Below, in pieces: positions 36,881-47,581 of a DNA stretch of 64,000 nt (the stretch's first letter is position 1; each line of letters begins with the position of its first letter). Source of the DNA: Mobula hypostoma (Eukaryota); assembly GCF_963921235.1 (NCBI RefSeq), contig NC_086118.1, positions 13,704,001 to 13,768,000 on the forward strand. The letters run 5' to 3'. The notes under the pieces are model-generated. The model did not search any database, was not told where the DNA came from, and saw nothing but the letters and a program-made list of their open reading frames with translations. The position numbers and the translations under genes were made by a program.

Positions 36881-38059
36881 GATGTCTCCCCAGAACTCAG
36901 GACATAGATTTAGGGCAATAGGGGCACAATTAAAAAGGAACTTGAAGGGCAACACTTTCATGCCAATGGTGGTGAAAAGATATTTTCATTAGGTTGAACA
37001 AGGTGGCAATATAACTCTTACAAACCTGATTATTCATTGACATGCCAGAGGAAGTGGTTGAGGCAGGTATAATAATATCATTTAAGAGGCACTTGGATAG
37101 ATACGTGGTAGAGTGGGGCATAGAGGGATATGGGCTGAATGCAGGGAGTTGTGATGAGCCAGGTGGGCAATATAGTCAGCATGGACTCATTGCCCCAAAG
37201 GGCCTGTATCGATATTGTATTGGTCTTGACTTTATAAAAGCATTGTTATTTCTGTTCCTGGCCTTGACTTGTGTACCTAACATGCCACAAAGAAGTTACA
37301 CAAGTGTATGTGCTCTTTCGTTTGTTTACCATCTGTCACAGAATCAAATTCCTCACTCAATATGTTCGAATTATGAGTGATCCAAGCTTCTGCGAGCTGG
37401 TCAAGAAGGCCTATCACCATGGCAGGCACTTCAGGACTGCATTATACTAAGAGGCCAAAAATGACAAGAGGGATCCCTATGATTGATTTTCTACAACCCT
37501 GATCACAGGACTCCTAGCCTAAAATACGCTGCATGCTTCACATTGATGCGACAGAGTCTTTCCTGAACCCTGCAGAATTCCTTCCTGTTTTTCAAGATTC
37601 CCCCCAAAATGCTGCAATTTTGCTGTAGTGGAGGAAATGTGGATTGCATTACTTGTGATATTGTCAGCTGGGACTGAGCAAGTTTCGGCTAAGTGATGGG
37701 GTATCACACTCTTAAACCCTCACCCTAATATTCCATTGGTTGATGTTTGGCTAAGTAGGAATCCAAACTGAGGAAAATAATCTTCATGTGCAATTTAGAC
37801 ATAAAAACATATACACACGTATCTTATTTCTGGTCAATATTTTCAGTTATCCACACAATCATCTCCCTTCTTAATGATTTCAGATGCAGAGAGATAGAAA
37901 GCTATTTCATGTCACAGATTGATAAGAGAAGAGGTAAGAAATGTAATGGATTGTCCATGGATATGGAGATAAGAAGCTGGGGAGAGAAATGAGCTCAGCC
38001 CAATACTTCAATGGCATACCCCTCCCCATCATCGGTAGTGTCTGTGGGAGACATATCCA

Positions 38060-38303
38060 CACAGGCTCAAGGCTGTAATTGCTGACGAAGGTGCATCTAC
38101 TAAATACTGACTTGAAGGGGGTGAGTAATTAGGTAATCAATTATTTATGTTTCATATTTGTAATTAATTTAGATCACCTTGTAGAGATCTATTTTCACTT
38201 TGACATGAATCTTTTTCTGTTGATCAGTGTCAAAAAAGCCAAATTAAACCCATTGTGATACAATGTTGTAAAGCAATAAAACATGAAAACTTCAAAGGCA
38301 CTG
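38060..38303 (+). mobile_element. Tc1 3' end fragment with TIR
   Basis: LKAVIA..GASTKY* followed by a TIR ending GGCACTG|TA; reverse complement of 49064-49320. Confidence 0.85.
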
Positions 38304-38549
38304 TATAGCTCTCATCAGGGTATTTTCCCCTTGCAATTTCTTCGGTCTACCCACAACGATTCAATATCTTCCAATTGTATGCCACCTGTTTCTAATGATT
38401 TTTTTATCAACAGAGCCACAACCCCCCCCCCCCCCGCCTATTTGCCTGTCCTTCTGATACAACGTCTATCCTTGAATGTTAAATTTATGCAATTGAAGAC
38501 AAATAATTGACTTGGTTGAACTACAGAGAGCAATAGGTATCACTGGCAA

Positions 38550-38735
38550 TTGGCACAAAGTGCTGAAGGAACTGAGCAAGACAGGCAGCATCTATGGAGG
38601 GGAAATAAACAGGTAACGTTTCAGGCTAAGACTCATCAGGACTTCAAAGGAAGGGGGCAGAGACCAGAATAAGAAGATGTGAGTTGGAGAAGGTGTACAA
38701 GCTGGCAAGTAAGATCAGGTGAAGTGGGAAGATGG
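38550..38735 (-). mobile_element. Old Penelope 3'-end fragment with degenerate hammerhead
   Basis: Minus strand AGTC-CTGATGA-GTCTTAGCCT-GAAACGTT; homologous to 38940-39150. Confidence 0.65.
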
Positions 38736-38997
38736 GTTGGTGTAATGGACTGGGTTGATCACACCCAAAAGACGCAAACCAATTCAAGTGTCCAGGAAAT
38801 GTGGATTTAAGCATACGACCATAACAAAGTACCTTAAGCATAATCTATTATCATAAAATGGAAAGCACAAATAAACTCCACAAAGTACTGCGTAGTAAGT
38901 TAACAACAGGAATTCTGCAGATGCTGGAAATTCAAGCAACACACATCAAAGTTGCTGGTGAACGTAGCAGGCCAGGCAGCATCTATAGGAAGAGGCG

Positions 38998-39035
38998 CAG
39001 TCGACGTTTCAGGCCGAGACCCTTCGTCAGGACTA
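38998..39035 (-). ncRNA. Minimal type I hammerhead ribozyme (Penelope-type)
   Basis: TAGTC-CTGACGA-AGG(GTCTCGG)CCT-GAAA-CG-TC^GACTG: complete CUGANGA/GAAA/UH core, stems I and II, loopless ACGU stem III. Confidence 0.8.
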
Positions 39036-39328
39036 ACTGAAGGAAGAGTGAGTAAGGGATTTGAAAGCTGGAGGGGGAGGGGGAGATGCAAAATGATAGG
39101 AGAAGACAGGAGGGGGAGGGATGGAGCCGAGAGCTGGACAGGTGATAGGCAGAAGGGGATACGAGAGGATCATGGGACAGGAGGTCCGGGAAGAAAGACG
39201 GGGGGGGGGGTGACCCAGAGGATGGGCAAGAGGTATATTCAGAGGGACAGAGGGAGAAAAAGGAGAGTGAGAGAAAGAATGTGTGCATAAAAAAGAGTAA
39301 CAGATGGGGTACGAGGGGGAGGTGGGGC

Positions 39329-40072
39329 CTAGCGGAAGTTAGAGAAGTCAATGTTCATGCCATCAGGTTGGAGGCTACCCATACGGAATATAAGGTGTTG
39401 TTCCTCCAACCTGAGTGTGGCTTCATCTTTACAGTAGAGGAGGCCGTGGATAGACATGTCAGAATGGGAATGGGATGTGGACTTAAAATGTGTGGCCACT
39501 GGGAGATCCTGCTTTCTCTGGCGGACAGAGCGTAGATGTTCAGCAAAGCGGTCTCCCAGTCTGCGTCGGGTCTCACCAATATATAAAAGGCCACATCGGG
39601 AGCACCGGACGCAGTATATCACCCCAGTCGACTCACAGGTGAAGTGATGCCTCATCTGGAAGGACTGTTTGGGGCCCTGAATGGTGGTAAGGGAGGAAGT
39701 GTAAGGGCATGTGTAGCACTTGTTCCGCTTACACGGATAAGTGCCAGGAGGGAGATCAGTGGGGAGGGATGGGGGGGACGAATGGACAAGGGAGTTGTGT
39801 AGGGAGCGATCCCTGCGGAATGCAGAGAGAGGGGGGGAGGGAAAGATATGCTTAGTGGTGGGATCCCGTTGGAGGTGGCGGAAGTTACGGAGAATAATAT
39901 GTTGGACCCGGAGGCTGGTGGGGTGGTAGGTGAGGACCAGGGGAATCCTATTCCTAGTGGGGTGGTGGGAGGATGGAGTGAGAGCAGATGTACGTGAAAT
40001 GGGGGAGATGCGTTTAAGAGCAGAGTTGATAGTGGAGGAAGGGAAGCCCCTTTCTTTAAAAAATGAAGACAT
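39329..40072 (-). CDS. Penelope GIY-YIG endonuclease-containing C-terminal ORF fragment (inverted arm)
   Basis: 247 aa; C..C..C linker, VIYCVRCSRCGLLYIGETRRRLGDRFAEH, EQHLIFR, PDGMN. Confidence 0.8.
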   Translation of the reverse strand: MSSFFKERGFPSSTINSALKRISPISRTSALTPSSHHPTRNRIPLVLTYHPTSLRVQHIILRNFRHLQRDPTTKHIFPSPPLSAFRRDRSLHNSLVHSSPPSLPTDLPPGTYPCKRNKCYTCPYTSSLTTIQGPKQSFQMRHHFTCESTGVIYCVRCSRCGLLYIGETRRRLGDRFAEHLRSVRQRKQDLPVATHFKSTSHSHSDMSIHGLLYCKDEATLRLEEQHLIFRMGSLQPDGMNIDFSNFR

Positions 40073-40112
40073 CTCCCTCGTCCTAGAATGAAAAGCCTCA
40101 TCCTGAGAGCAG

Positions 40113-41399
40113 ATGCGGCGGTTGGATGTCCAGTCCCTATATACTTACATCCCCCATCAGGAAGGTCTCAAAGCTCTACGCTTCTTTTTGGATTCCAGAC
40201 CTAATCAGTTCCCCTCTACCACCACTCTGCTCCGTCTAGCAGAATTAGTCCTTACTCTTAATAATTTCTCCTTTTGCTCCTCCCATTTCCTCCAAACTAA
40301 AGGTGTAGCTATGGGCACCCGTATGGGTCCTAGCTATGCCTGCCTTTTTGTTGGGTTTGTGGAACAATCTATGTTCCGTGCCTATTCTGGTATCTGTCCC
40401 CCACTTTTCCTTCGCTACATCGACGACTGCATTGGCGCTGCTTCCTGCACGCATGCAGAACTCGTTGACTTTATTAACTTTGCCTCCAACTTTCACCCTG
40501 CCCTCAAGTTTACCTGGTCCATTTCCGACACCTCCCTCCCCTTTCTAGATCTTTCTGTCTCTGTCTCTGGAGACAGCTTATCCACTGATGTCTACTATAA
40601 GCCTACTGACTCTCACAGCTATCTGGATTATTCCTCTTCTCACCCTGTCTCTTGCAAAAACACCATCCCCTTCTCGCAATTCCTCCGTCTCCGCCGCATC
40701 TGCTCTCAGGATGAGGCTTTTCATTCTAGGACGAGGGAGATGTCTTCATTTTTTAAAGAAAGGGGCTTCCCTTCCTCCACTATCAACTCTGCTCTTAAAC
40801 GCATCTCCTCCATTTCACGTACATCTGCTCTCACTCCATCCTCCCACCACCCCACTAGGAATAGGGTTCCCCTGGTCCTCACCTACCACCCCACCAGCCT
40901 CCGGGTCCAACATATTATTCTCCGTAACTTCCGCCACCTCCAACGGGATCCCACCACTAAGCATATCTTTCCCTCCCCCCCTCTCTCTGCATTCCGCAGG
41001 GATCGCTCCCTACACAACTCCCTTGTCCATTCGTCCCCCCCATCCCTCCCCACTGATCTCCCTCCTGGCACTTATCCGTGTAAGCGGAACAAGTGCTACA
41101 CATGCCCTTACACTTCCTCCCTCACCACCATTCAGGGCCCCAAACAGTCCTTCCAGGTGAGGCATCACTTCACCTGTGAGTCGACTGGGGTGATATACTG
41201 CATCCGGTGCTCCCGATGTGGCCTTTTCTCCACCAGAGAAAGCAGGATCTCCCAGTGGCCACACATTTTAATTCCACATCCCATTCCCATTCTGACATGT
41301 CTATCCACGGCCTCCTCTACTGTAAAGATGAAGCCACACTCAGGTTGGAGGAACAACACCTTATATTCCGTATGGGTAGCCTCCAACCTGATGGCATGA
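40113..41399 (+). CDS. Penelope reverse transcriptase (from motif 3) with endonuclease disrupted by a net 58-bp deletion
   Basis: DVQSLY, GVAMGTRMGPSYA, RYIDD, LPFLD; the YIG motif is lost at ~41228 with a frameshift. The start ATG comes from the inverted arm. Confidence 0.85.
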   Translation: MRRLDVQSLYTYIPHQEGLKALRFFLDSRPNQFPSTTTLLRLAELVLTLNNFSFCSSHFLQTKGVAMGTRMGPSYACLFVGFVEQSMFRAYSGICPPLFLRYIDDCIGAASCTHAELVDFINFASNFHPALKFTWSISDTSLPFLDLSVSVSGDSLSTDVYYKPTDSHSYLDYSSSHPVSCKNTIPFSQFLRLRRICSQDEAFHSRTREMSSFFKERGFPSSTINSALKRISSISRTSALTPSSHHPTRNRVPLVLTYHPTSLRVQHIILRNFRHLQRDPTTKHIFPSPPLSAFRRDRSLHNSLVHSSPPSLPTDLPPGTYPCKRNKCYTCPYTSSLTTIQGPKQSFQVRHHFTCESTGVIYCIRCSRCGLFSTRESRISQWPHILIPHPIPILTCLSTASSTVKMKPHSGWRNNTLYSVWVASNLMA

Positions 41400-41717
41400 A
41401 CATTGACTTCTCTAACTTCCGCTAGGCCCCACCTCCCCCTCGTACCCCATCTGTTACTCTTTTTTATGCACACATTCTTTCTCTCACTCTCCTTTTTCTC
41501 CCTCTGTCACTCTGAATATACCTCTTGCCCATCCTCTGGGTCACCCCCCCACCGTCTTTCTTCCCGGACCTCCTGTCCCATGATCCTCTCGTATCCCCTT
41601 CTGCCTATCACCTGTCCAGCTCTCGGCTCCATCCCTCCCCCTCCTGTCTTCTCCTATCATTTTGCATCTCCCCCTCCCCCTCCAGCTTTCAAATCCCTTA
41701 CTCACTCTTCCTTCAGT

Positions 41718-41755
41718 TAGTCCTGACGAAGGGTCTCGGCCTGAAACGTCGACTG
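41718..41755 (+). ncRNA. Minimal type I hammerhead ribozyme (Penelope-type)
   Basis: CTGACGA 41723-41729, stem II AGG/CCT, GAAA 41743-41746, predicted cleavage after C41750, stem I (T)AGTC/GACT(G). Confidence 0.8.
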
Positions 41756-42289
41756 CGCCTCTTCCTATAGATGCTGCCTGGCCTGCTGCGTTCACCAGCA
41801 ACTTTGATGTGTGTTGCATGTAGTAAGTTACAAAGATTTCCACAAAGATTTCAGGGGTCAAGATTCGTAGTCTCCACTTGATTGTTGCTGTCTTCGGGGA
41901 TTTGGTTGTCATTTGTGTTGGGGGATCTCTGGATTCCAACTTGTGAAATTACCCTGAGTCCATCCTAGGCACCGATGATCGCGATTCCTCGGTCTAAGTG
42001 AAGTCCCAAGAACCGAGTGAAGGGTGCCTCAGTAAATAGAGATTCATTCCGCAAACATGGGGAGACATACTAAAACAGACAAACTATTTGGTCTTTTGTT
42101 CTCATGCCACTGGTGCCTTGATTTCAAGATAGAATCCAGTTGCTATTAGCAAACATTTAACAAAACTACACTGTCTAGCTTGTACAGTTATCTTACATGC
42201 AGCAAGCTCACAAAGAGTTAAAGTGTCACTTGGAATTGTTCAGTCTTTCATCCGATATTTTTACAAAATTTATTACACCATAACACAGA

Positions 42290-42490
42290 TGGTGGAGGAG
42301 AATGGACGAGGTAAGAAGCTAGGAGGTGATAGCAGAAGAGGTAGAGGGCTGAATAAGGAGAAGAGGAAAGGGGGGAGAAATTACCAGAAGTTGGAAAAAT
42401 AAGTGTTCATGCTACTGGATTGGAGGCTACCCAGACAGAATATGAATTGTTGCTCTTTCAACCTGTGTTTGGTTTCTTGTGGTAATAGAG
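42290..42490 (-). mobile_element. Old Penelope fragment
   Basis: TGGAGGCTACCCAGACAGAATATGA matches 20853-20878. Confidence 0.7.
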
Positions 42491-42615
42491 ACTAAATAGC
42501 AAATGCAGATATTGGCAAGAAATGACAAATATGTTTCTACAAGGAACTGCACTGAGAACAGACTATTCAGTTTTTATTATCAGCTTACTTGATCCATTGA
42601 AACGTCACTTATCAT

Positions 42616-42974
42616 TGTGTAGCAGCAAAATTGATCCAAAATCAAAACAAACAATTGCTGCCAGCCTGCAACCATCACGGGATTGTTATACTTGCATGAC
42701 TCACCCTCAGCTCAAATGAAACGATTGTTCTAAAGAGTTGAATCCTAGATTTGTTCCTTTACTAGCAATCAGCAAACATACAATCTTGAAGTGATATTAA
42801 ATTGTATTAAGTGATCAGCAAAGATATGACCTCAGACGTCCCAAGCTACAACCTGTCAAAAAATGAGCAAGAATACGGAACTTATTCCCTTCTCTTTTAC
42901 CACACTTCCACTCATGTGACTAGTTACCATAAAAAACATAATAAACACACAGCACAGAATACATGAATCCTACA
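42616..42974 (-). mobile_element. Solo LTR, copy 2
   Basis: Reverse complement is colinear with 2810-3212; TGTAG/CTACA termini; possible TSD TCAT at 42612-42615 and 42975-42978. Confidence 0.65.
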
Positions 42975-43339
42975 TCATATTTTCCTGTTCCCATTCAGTT
43001 TGGTGAAGTGATAACGGGCAATTAAACCTGGAATGTTGGCTCTGCTTCTCTCTCCACAGACGCTGCCTGACCTGTTGGTATTTCCATGCTATTTTTCATT
43101 ATTAACAAATGTGAGCTGATACATCTTGAGCTTATAAAGGATAGAACAAAATACCTCCCAAGTATTGAAAACCAAATGGTACAGGCAATCTGAAGAGATC
43201 CAGTTATGTATATACATTAAGCAATAACATGATGACAGGATGCTAAAAATCTAAATGTCAAAGTGTTGAAAGAACTCAGCATGTTTCTGTATGCTTTTGG
43301 CATTTTCTAATTTTATATTGATATTTCAGGTAGGGAAAA

Positions 43340-43925
43340 TATTGTAAAAAGGAATGAAATGCCAGCATTTGTGTAGACAGCACTAGATTGTAACAGGACA
43401 GAAGTTACAGCGCAGCTATGAAAAGCCCTGATTAGACCCAACCTGAAATTTCAAGAGTATTGGGCATCGCACCCTGCAGAGGATATATTAGACTTTTCTG
43501 AGAGATACCATAAAGTCTAAGGGTTAATGTGATTGTAGAAATTAAGACTGCAGTCACTAGAATTTAGAAGATACTGTATCAATACTTTCAGGACATAAAG
43601 TGGATAGAAGTGAAGAAAAAGCTTCACACGTTGGCTGAGGGGCAAATGACTAAGTTGTATACATTAAAACTAAGAGGCAGGATTTTCTAAAGAAAAATTA
43701 GGAGGTGCTGTCACACATAGAAATTGGTAGAAATTTGAATCCTCTCTAGAAGTAGCAGTTGTTCCTCAGTCAATTGGTAACATTAAGTCAGAGGTGAATA
43801 AGTTTCTGTTAGCTAGAGTTATGAAAAGATATTCTACAAAGGCAGGAATGTGAAGTAATGTCCCAGACCAGTCATCTCATTAAAAGATGGAATGGGGGAT
43901 TAAATGGTCTGTTCTTCTTCCTTCA
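43340..43925 (+). mobile_element. Very old CR1 3' portion
   Basis: GCCCTGATTAGACCCAACCTG, CACTAGAATTTAGAAGA, ATTAAATGGTCTGTTCT resemble CR1 3' ends. Confidence 0.6.
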
Positions 43926-44469
43926 TTCCTGAGTAATGCTAACTGTCACACATGAGAGTTCATTTCTCCATGAATAGGAAAGGCTGTCATTCAATTAATA
44001 TGTATTTACTGTGCAAAAACCATTTATCCTGCACATTAATGCTTACTGACCAGGGAACTGTCATGACTCTTTCATCAGTCATCAATCCACTCTGCTGACT
44101 ATGATGACTCAAACTGGCACACAGATAGTTGTCAGATGATTAGGGTTATCCTCTGAAGAGAAAGTTCATGAATCAATACAGTTGTTACAGTCAGAGTGAG
44201 AACAAATGTAATGAGGCTCCAGGTCTACAAGGAGCGTCACAGAGATGTTCTTAGGCATTCTGAGTTCTTCCTTTAACTCGCAGATTGAATCAAATAGTTT
44301 CATACAATACAGTTCAGGGAAAAGTAACAGAGTTCTGCAGTATATAATCTTATAATGGTTATAATCTTATTAAGAGTTCCTGAATCAGGAAGCTGAAATA
44401 GGATGATTGAATGGTCATTGTTAATGGTATTGGAATTGGAATTAATTGGATATTTTTAAGAGAGGAAAC

Positions 44470-45310
44470 TGCCCTGGCAAGGGCAGAAAGCTACAGCTGG
44501 CAGATCAGCCACAGCCAAGGGGTCATGGGAAAACATCCAGATGGACTTCACAGGACCCCTACCCAAAAGCAGGGAGGAGTGCTACTGTCAAGTAATTATG
44601 GATCACTTCACGGGGTGGGTAGAGGTTTTGCCAACAAGGGACTGCACCGCCAGCACCATTGAATGGATCCTAGTTCAGGAATCCTCCCAAGGTGGGGAAC
44701 CACAGTTTAGGACTTGGATCAGGGAGCACGTTTCATAGGGAAAATGATTAAGGAAATGTGCCAACTGCTAGGGATTCGACAATGGTTCCAAGTACCCTAC
44801 CACTCTCAGATTTCAGGGATGGTAGAAAGGATGAACCAAACAATCAATAATACCTTTGCCAAAGCTGTAGCTGAGATGGGAGAGGCATGGATTGATGTAT
44901 CTTACCAGGAATCCTGATGAAATTACAGCATGCTGGGTTTCAGCCCCCTATGAATTACTAATGGGGCAAGCAATGCAACTCCCTTATGGGGTAACTACAG
45001 GCTGTGGAGAGCCTGGGACTTGCAGGGATAGAATGACACAGCATGTGAAAGTCCTTTGTATCCAACTTAAAGGACCGAGCAAAACAACAGCAGCACGTTG
45101 CTAATTAGAGAGAGCAGGAGGAAAAGGAATTCGTTTTCACACACCCAGGCGACCAAGTCATAGTGAGGGCGCTGCCAGAAAGGGCAAGGTTTGCTCCCAG
45201 ATAGATAGGACCACAGATGGTACATTTTACAAGTGACACCTTTGTCTGTGTGCAGACTCGGCAAAGCAACCGGTGGAAGCATTAGACTCAGATTAAACCG
45301 TATGACTCAC
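44470..45310 (+). pseudogene. Decayed integrase of an LTR retroelement, probably an endogenous retrovirus
   Basis: WENIQMDFTGPLP, IMDHFTGWVEV, DQGARF, VPYHSQISGMVERMNQTI (DDE core); C-terminal PGDQVIVR...PR*IGP...TSDT...RWKH*TQIK. Confidence 0.85.
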
Positions 45311-45329
45311 CTTCTTGTCGCTCCCACAG

Positions 45330-46200
45330 ACAGAGTGCAGGACCAAGTGTACCCCGTAACCATGTAATTACAAAGAACCTAAGAGTTGAACACTAGCCTG
45401 ACACACCAGACCTGACCAGCAGGGGAAGAACCAACAGGAATACGAATGAAGCTGGATTTCTAAACACCGTTGTTCAAATTTCTGGAACAATTTTTCTGCT
45501 TAGCCTTTTGCAGGTGGTGATTAGGGATGTTAGGATAACTGTAGAGGCACACAAAATAACTGGGGGGGATTCTGAGGCAGGGCATTTTTGCTGTCCTATT
45601 TGAGTAGATCCTCCTTTAGGTTGGCCTTTCCTGGTACAAATTTATTTTTGTCCAGGAGGGCCGAGACAAGGGACTATTAGAGCAACTTTTGGGTTTAGGA
45701 CATATACATTTAGTAACTGACTATGGCTACCAGTCTTCACATCTGAATATGGATTGTGGATTTAATTTGGAGTTCAGCTCTGAACAATGGGTTCCTAAAA
45801 GTTGTGAATCCCTGACCAGACAATGCTGACTAAAATTCATTTGGATGTCTGTGGTGGGGAGGTGAATCAAGAGGTTTGAAGATTGTATGAAGTTTCAAAG
45901 AAAACATTGTCCATACATCGTAAATATGGAGTTGTCCTTTGATGTTTAGCACATATAATGTCAAGCCCCATGTTGGGCCAGTGAGACCGCTTGACTGAAA
46001 GCATCTCCATACGATGCCTGCTGAACCTTGTTTTGTTGAATAATGAAGCTACATTGATTCTATCAGTACTTTTCTCCAGTGACTTCATTCATGCAACAAC
46101 ATCAACATGGGGACTGGATTGAGTGCAGAGGAGAATGGAGACATATGAAGCAGTATTAGGGAGAAAAGTACTTCCTATCCCAGCGGAACAAAACTGAAAG
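45330..46200 (+). pseudogene. Possible env-like remnant downstream of the integrase
   Basis: Splice-acceptor-like CTCAC...CCCACAG (45306-45329), hydrophobic IFLLSLLQVV, IYFCPGG (45640-45660); heavily decayed. Confidence 0.35.
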
Positions 46201-46649
46201 ACATGGAATGTCTTTTCGAATCCAGAAGGGTATGACTGGTTGCTCAGATCTTGCAGTTGATTTAGTAGGTCAAGAAAGTTTTGAATGTAAACAGAAAGGA
46301 TAGTTTGATATGAAATGATATTTGCATTACAATAAGACGTTTAGATTGAGCAACTTTTTCCTTCACATTTTAATGGGTCAGTGAAGGAAGAATCTGTTCA
46401 ATCTAAATGTCCTTCTGTGAATGAAAAAGTCATTAGTGGATCTAAACTTTGCATATGTACGATAAAGATGTCTGGCTTACAGGTCAGTTTGCTTTTGACT
46501 TATTGCTAAACTTCCATACTTGCTTTCAAAACAACTTTTTAATTGTGGATTTACTTAACTGAGCTTAAATTCTTGAGCTGCCTACAAGTAGTGGATTCTC
46601 TCAATGCATCACAGGTAATGTCCTCCTAACCACTGAGCATATCTACATT

Positions 46650-47070
46650 AAACACTGTAGCAGGTAAGCAGACCTATCATCAGAGATCCCCACCAACCAG
46701 GCCATTCTCTTTTCCCCTTGCTGCAACTCACACCACTAGGTTCAAGAACAGTTATTACCCCTTAACCATCAGGTTATTTAACAAAACGGGATAACTACAC
46801 TTACCTGTCCATCTATTGAGGTGCTTCTACGACCAATGAACTCACTTTAAGAACTCTCTACCTTGTTATTTCATGTTCTTCTTATTAATCACTATTTATC
46901 TATATTTGCATTTGCACAGTTTGTTGTCTTCTGCACTCTGGTTGATCATTCATTGATCCTGTTATAGTTACCATTCTATAGATTTGCTAGGTATGCCCAC
47001 AAGAAAATGAATCTCAGGGTTGTATATGGTGACATATATGTACTTTGATAATAAAATTTACTTTGATCTT
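46650..47070 (+). mobile_element. Rex1-type LINE 3' end
   Basis: Homologous to 32480-32780; tail AATAAAATTTACTTTGATCTTTG. Confidence 0.75.
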
Positions 47071-47546
47071 TGTGAACTTTGAAATTTTCAGCTCATGTGT
47101 CAGTCATAAGATACCAGTACATCAACGAAACTGTTCTGCCACACAAATCTTTTTATTAACTTTGCTTGATATTCCTCAGCCTTCATTTACCCTCTCACTT
47201 GTCACCTTGCATAGCTTCTCCTGCTTGGGAGTCTGTCAATTGCAGAAACTTTTCAAGTGCATTCATAGCTTATGTAATGGTGTGAAATTTCTCTGACACT
47301 GAACTGACTTTATTCTGCACTCAGTTACTGTTTTACCTTGTACTATCACCTGTTGTAATGAATTGATCTGTATGGACAGTGTGCAAGACAAGTTTTCCCC
47401 ATACTGTGATGATAATCAGCCAATTTTAAAGATGGAATTTCTTACTTTTGTTCAGTTTTCCCAATTTAGGAGCCCCGTCTCTCATCTTTGGTGACATTTT
47501 GAAGGATGATCGGAGTTCTGCACTTGCATCTGATGCACCCTTATAT

Positions 47547-47581
47547 TCTGCTCCCTCTTGTGGTGGTTGAAATAACTACAT
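47547..47581 (-). promoter_or_regulatory. Candidate CTCF site with upstream motif
   Basis: Minus strand TGTAGTTAT-TTCAA-CCA-CCACAAGAGGGAGCA: core close to CCACCAGRGGGCGC with a TGCAG-like upstream motif at the expected spacing. Confidence 0.5.

Larger units (their letters stand above)
33710..37220 (+). mobile_element. Old CR1 3' portion (33710-33821, 35636-35780, 36881-37220) hosting two young LINEs
   Basis: LYKSLMRPQLKYC | RMLPGLGGLSY | LPEEVVEAG..FKRHLD in colinear order across the insertions. Confidence 0.8.
38903..41819. mobile_element. Fold-back Penelope-like retroelement: inverted arms 38936-40121 (-) and 40691-41817 (+) around RT spacer 40122-40690
   Basis: Arms are reverse complements of each other; TSD GTAGTAAGTTA at 38892-38902 and 41820-41830; RT and GIY-YIG ORFs on both strands. 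Confidence 0.96.

Noticed and set aside
38607..38645. Same-strand second hammerhead ~360 nt from 38998-39035 as a cis dimer partner
   Set aside because: It keeps CUGAUGA/GAAACGU, but stem II has lost AGG and stem I is mismatched, so it is probably inactive.
39652..41160. Pro/Ser-rich overlapping ORFs (39652-40101, 40588-41160; also 21136-21711)
   Set aside because: Alternate frames of C-rich Penelope sequence with few stop codons; no independent evidence.
38936..41817. Fold-back read or assembly artefact
   Set aside because: The arms differ by several substitutions and a 58-bp deletion, and the unit has a TSD; long reads are still needed for certainty.
41830..42075. CpG-retaining unique segment with minus-strand splice-like sites
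   Set aside because: Stops in all three frames between acceptor and donor; no recognisable product.
42616..45310. Solo LTR as the 5' LTR of the ERV-like remnant
   Set aside because: Opposite orientation, own possible TSD, no PBS or gag seen between them.
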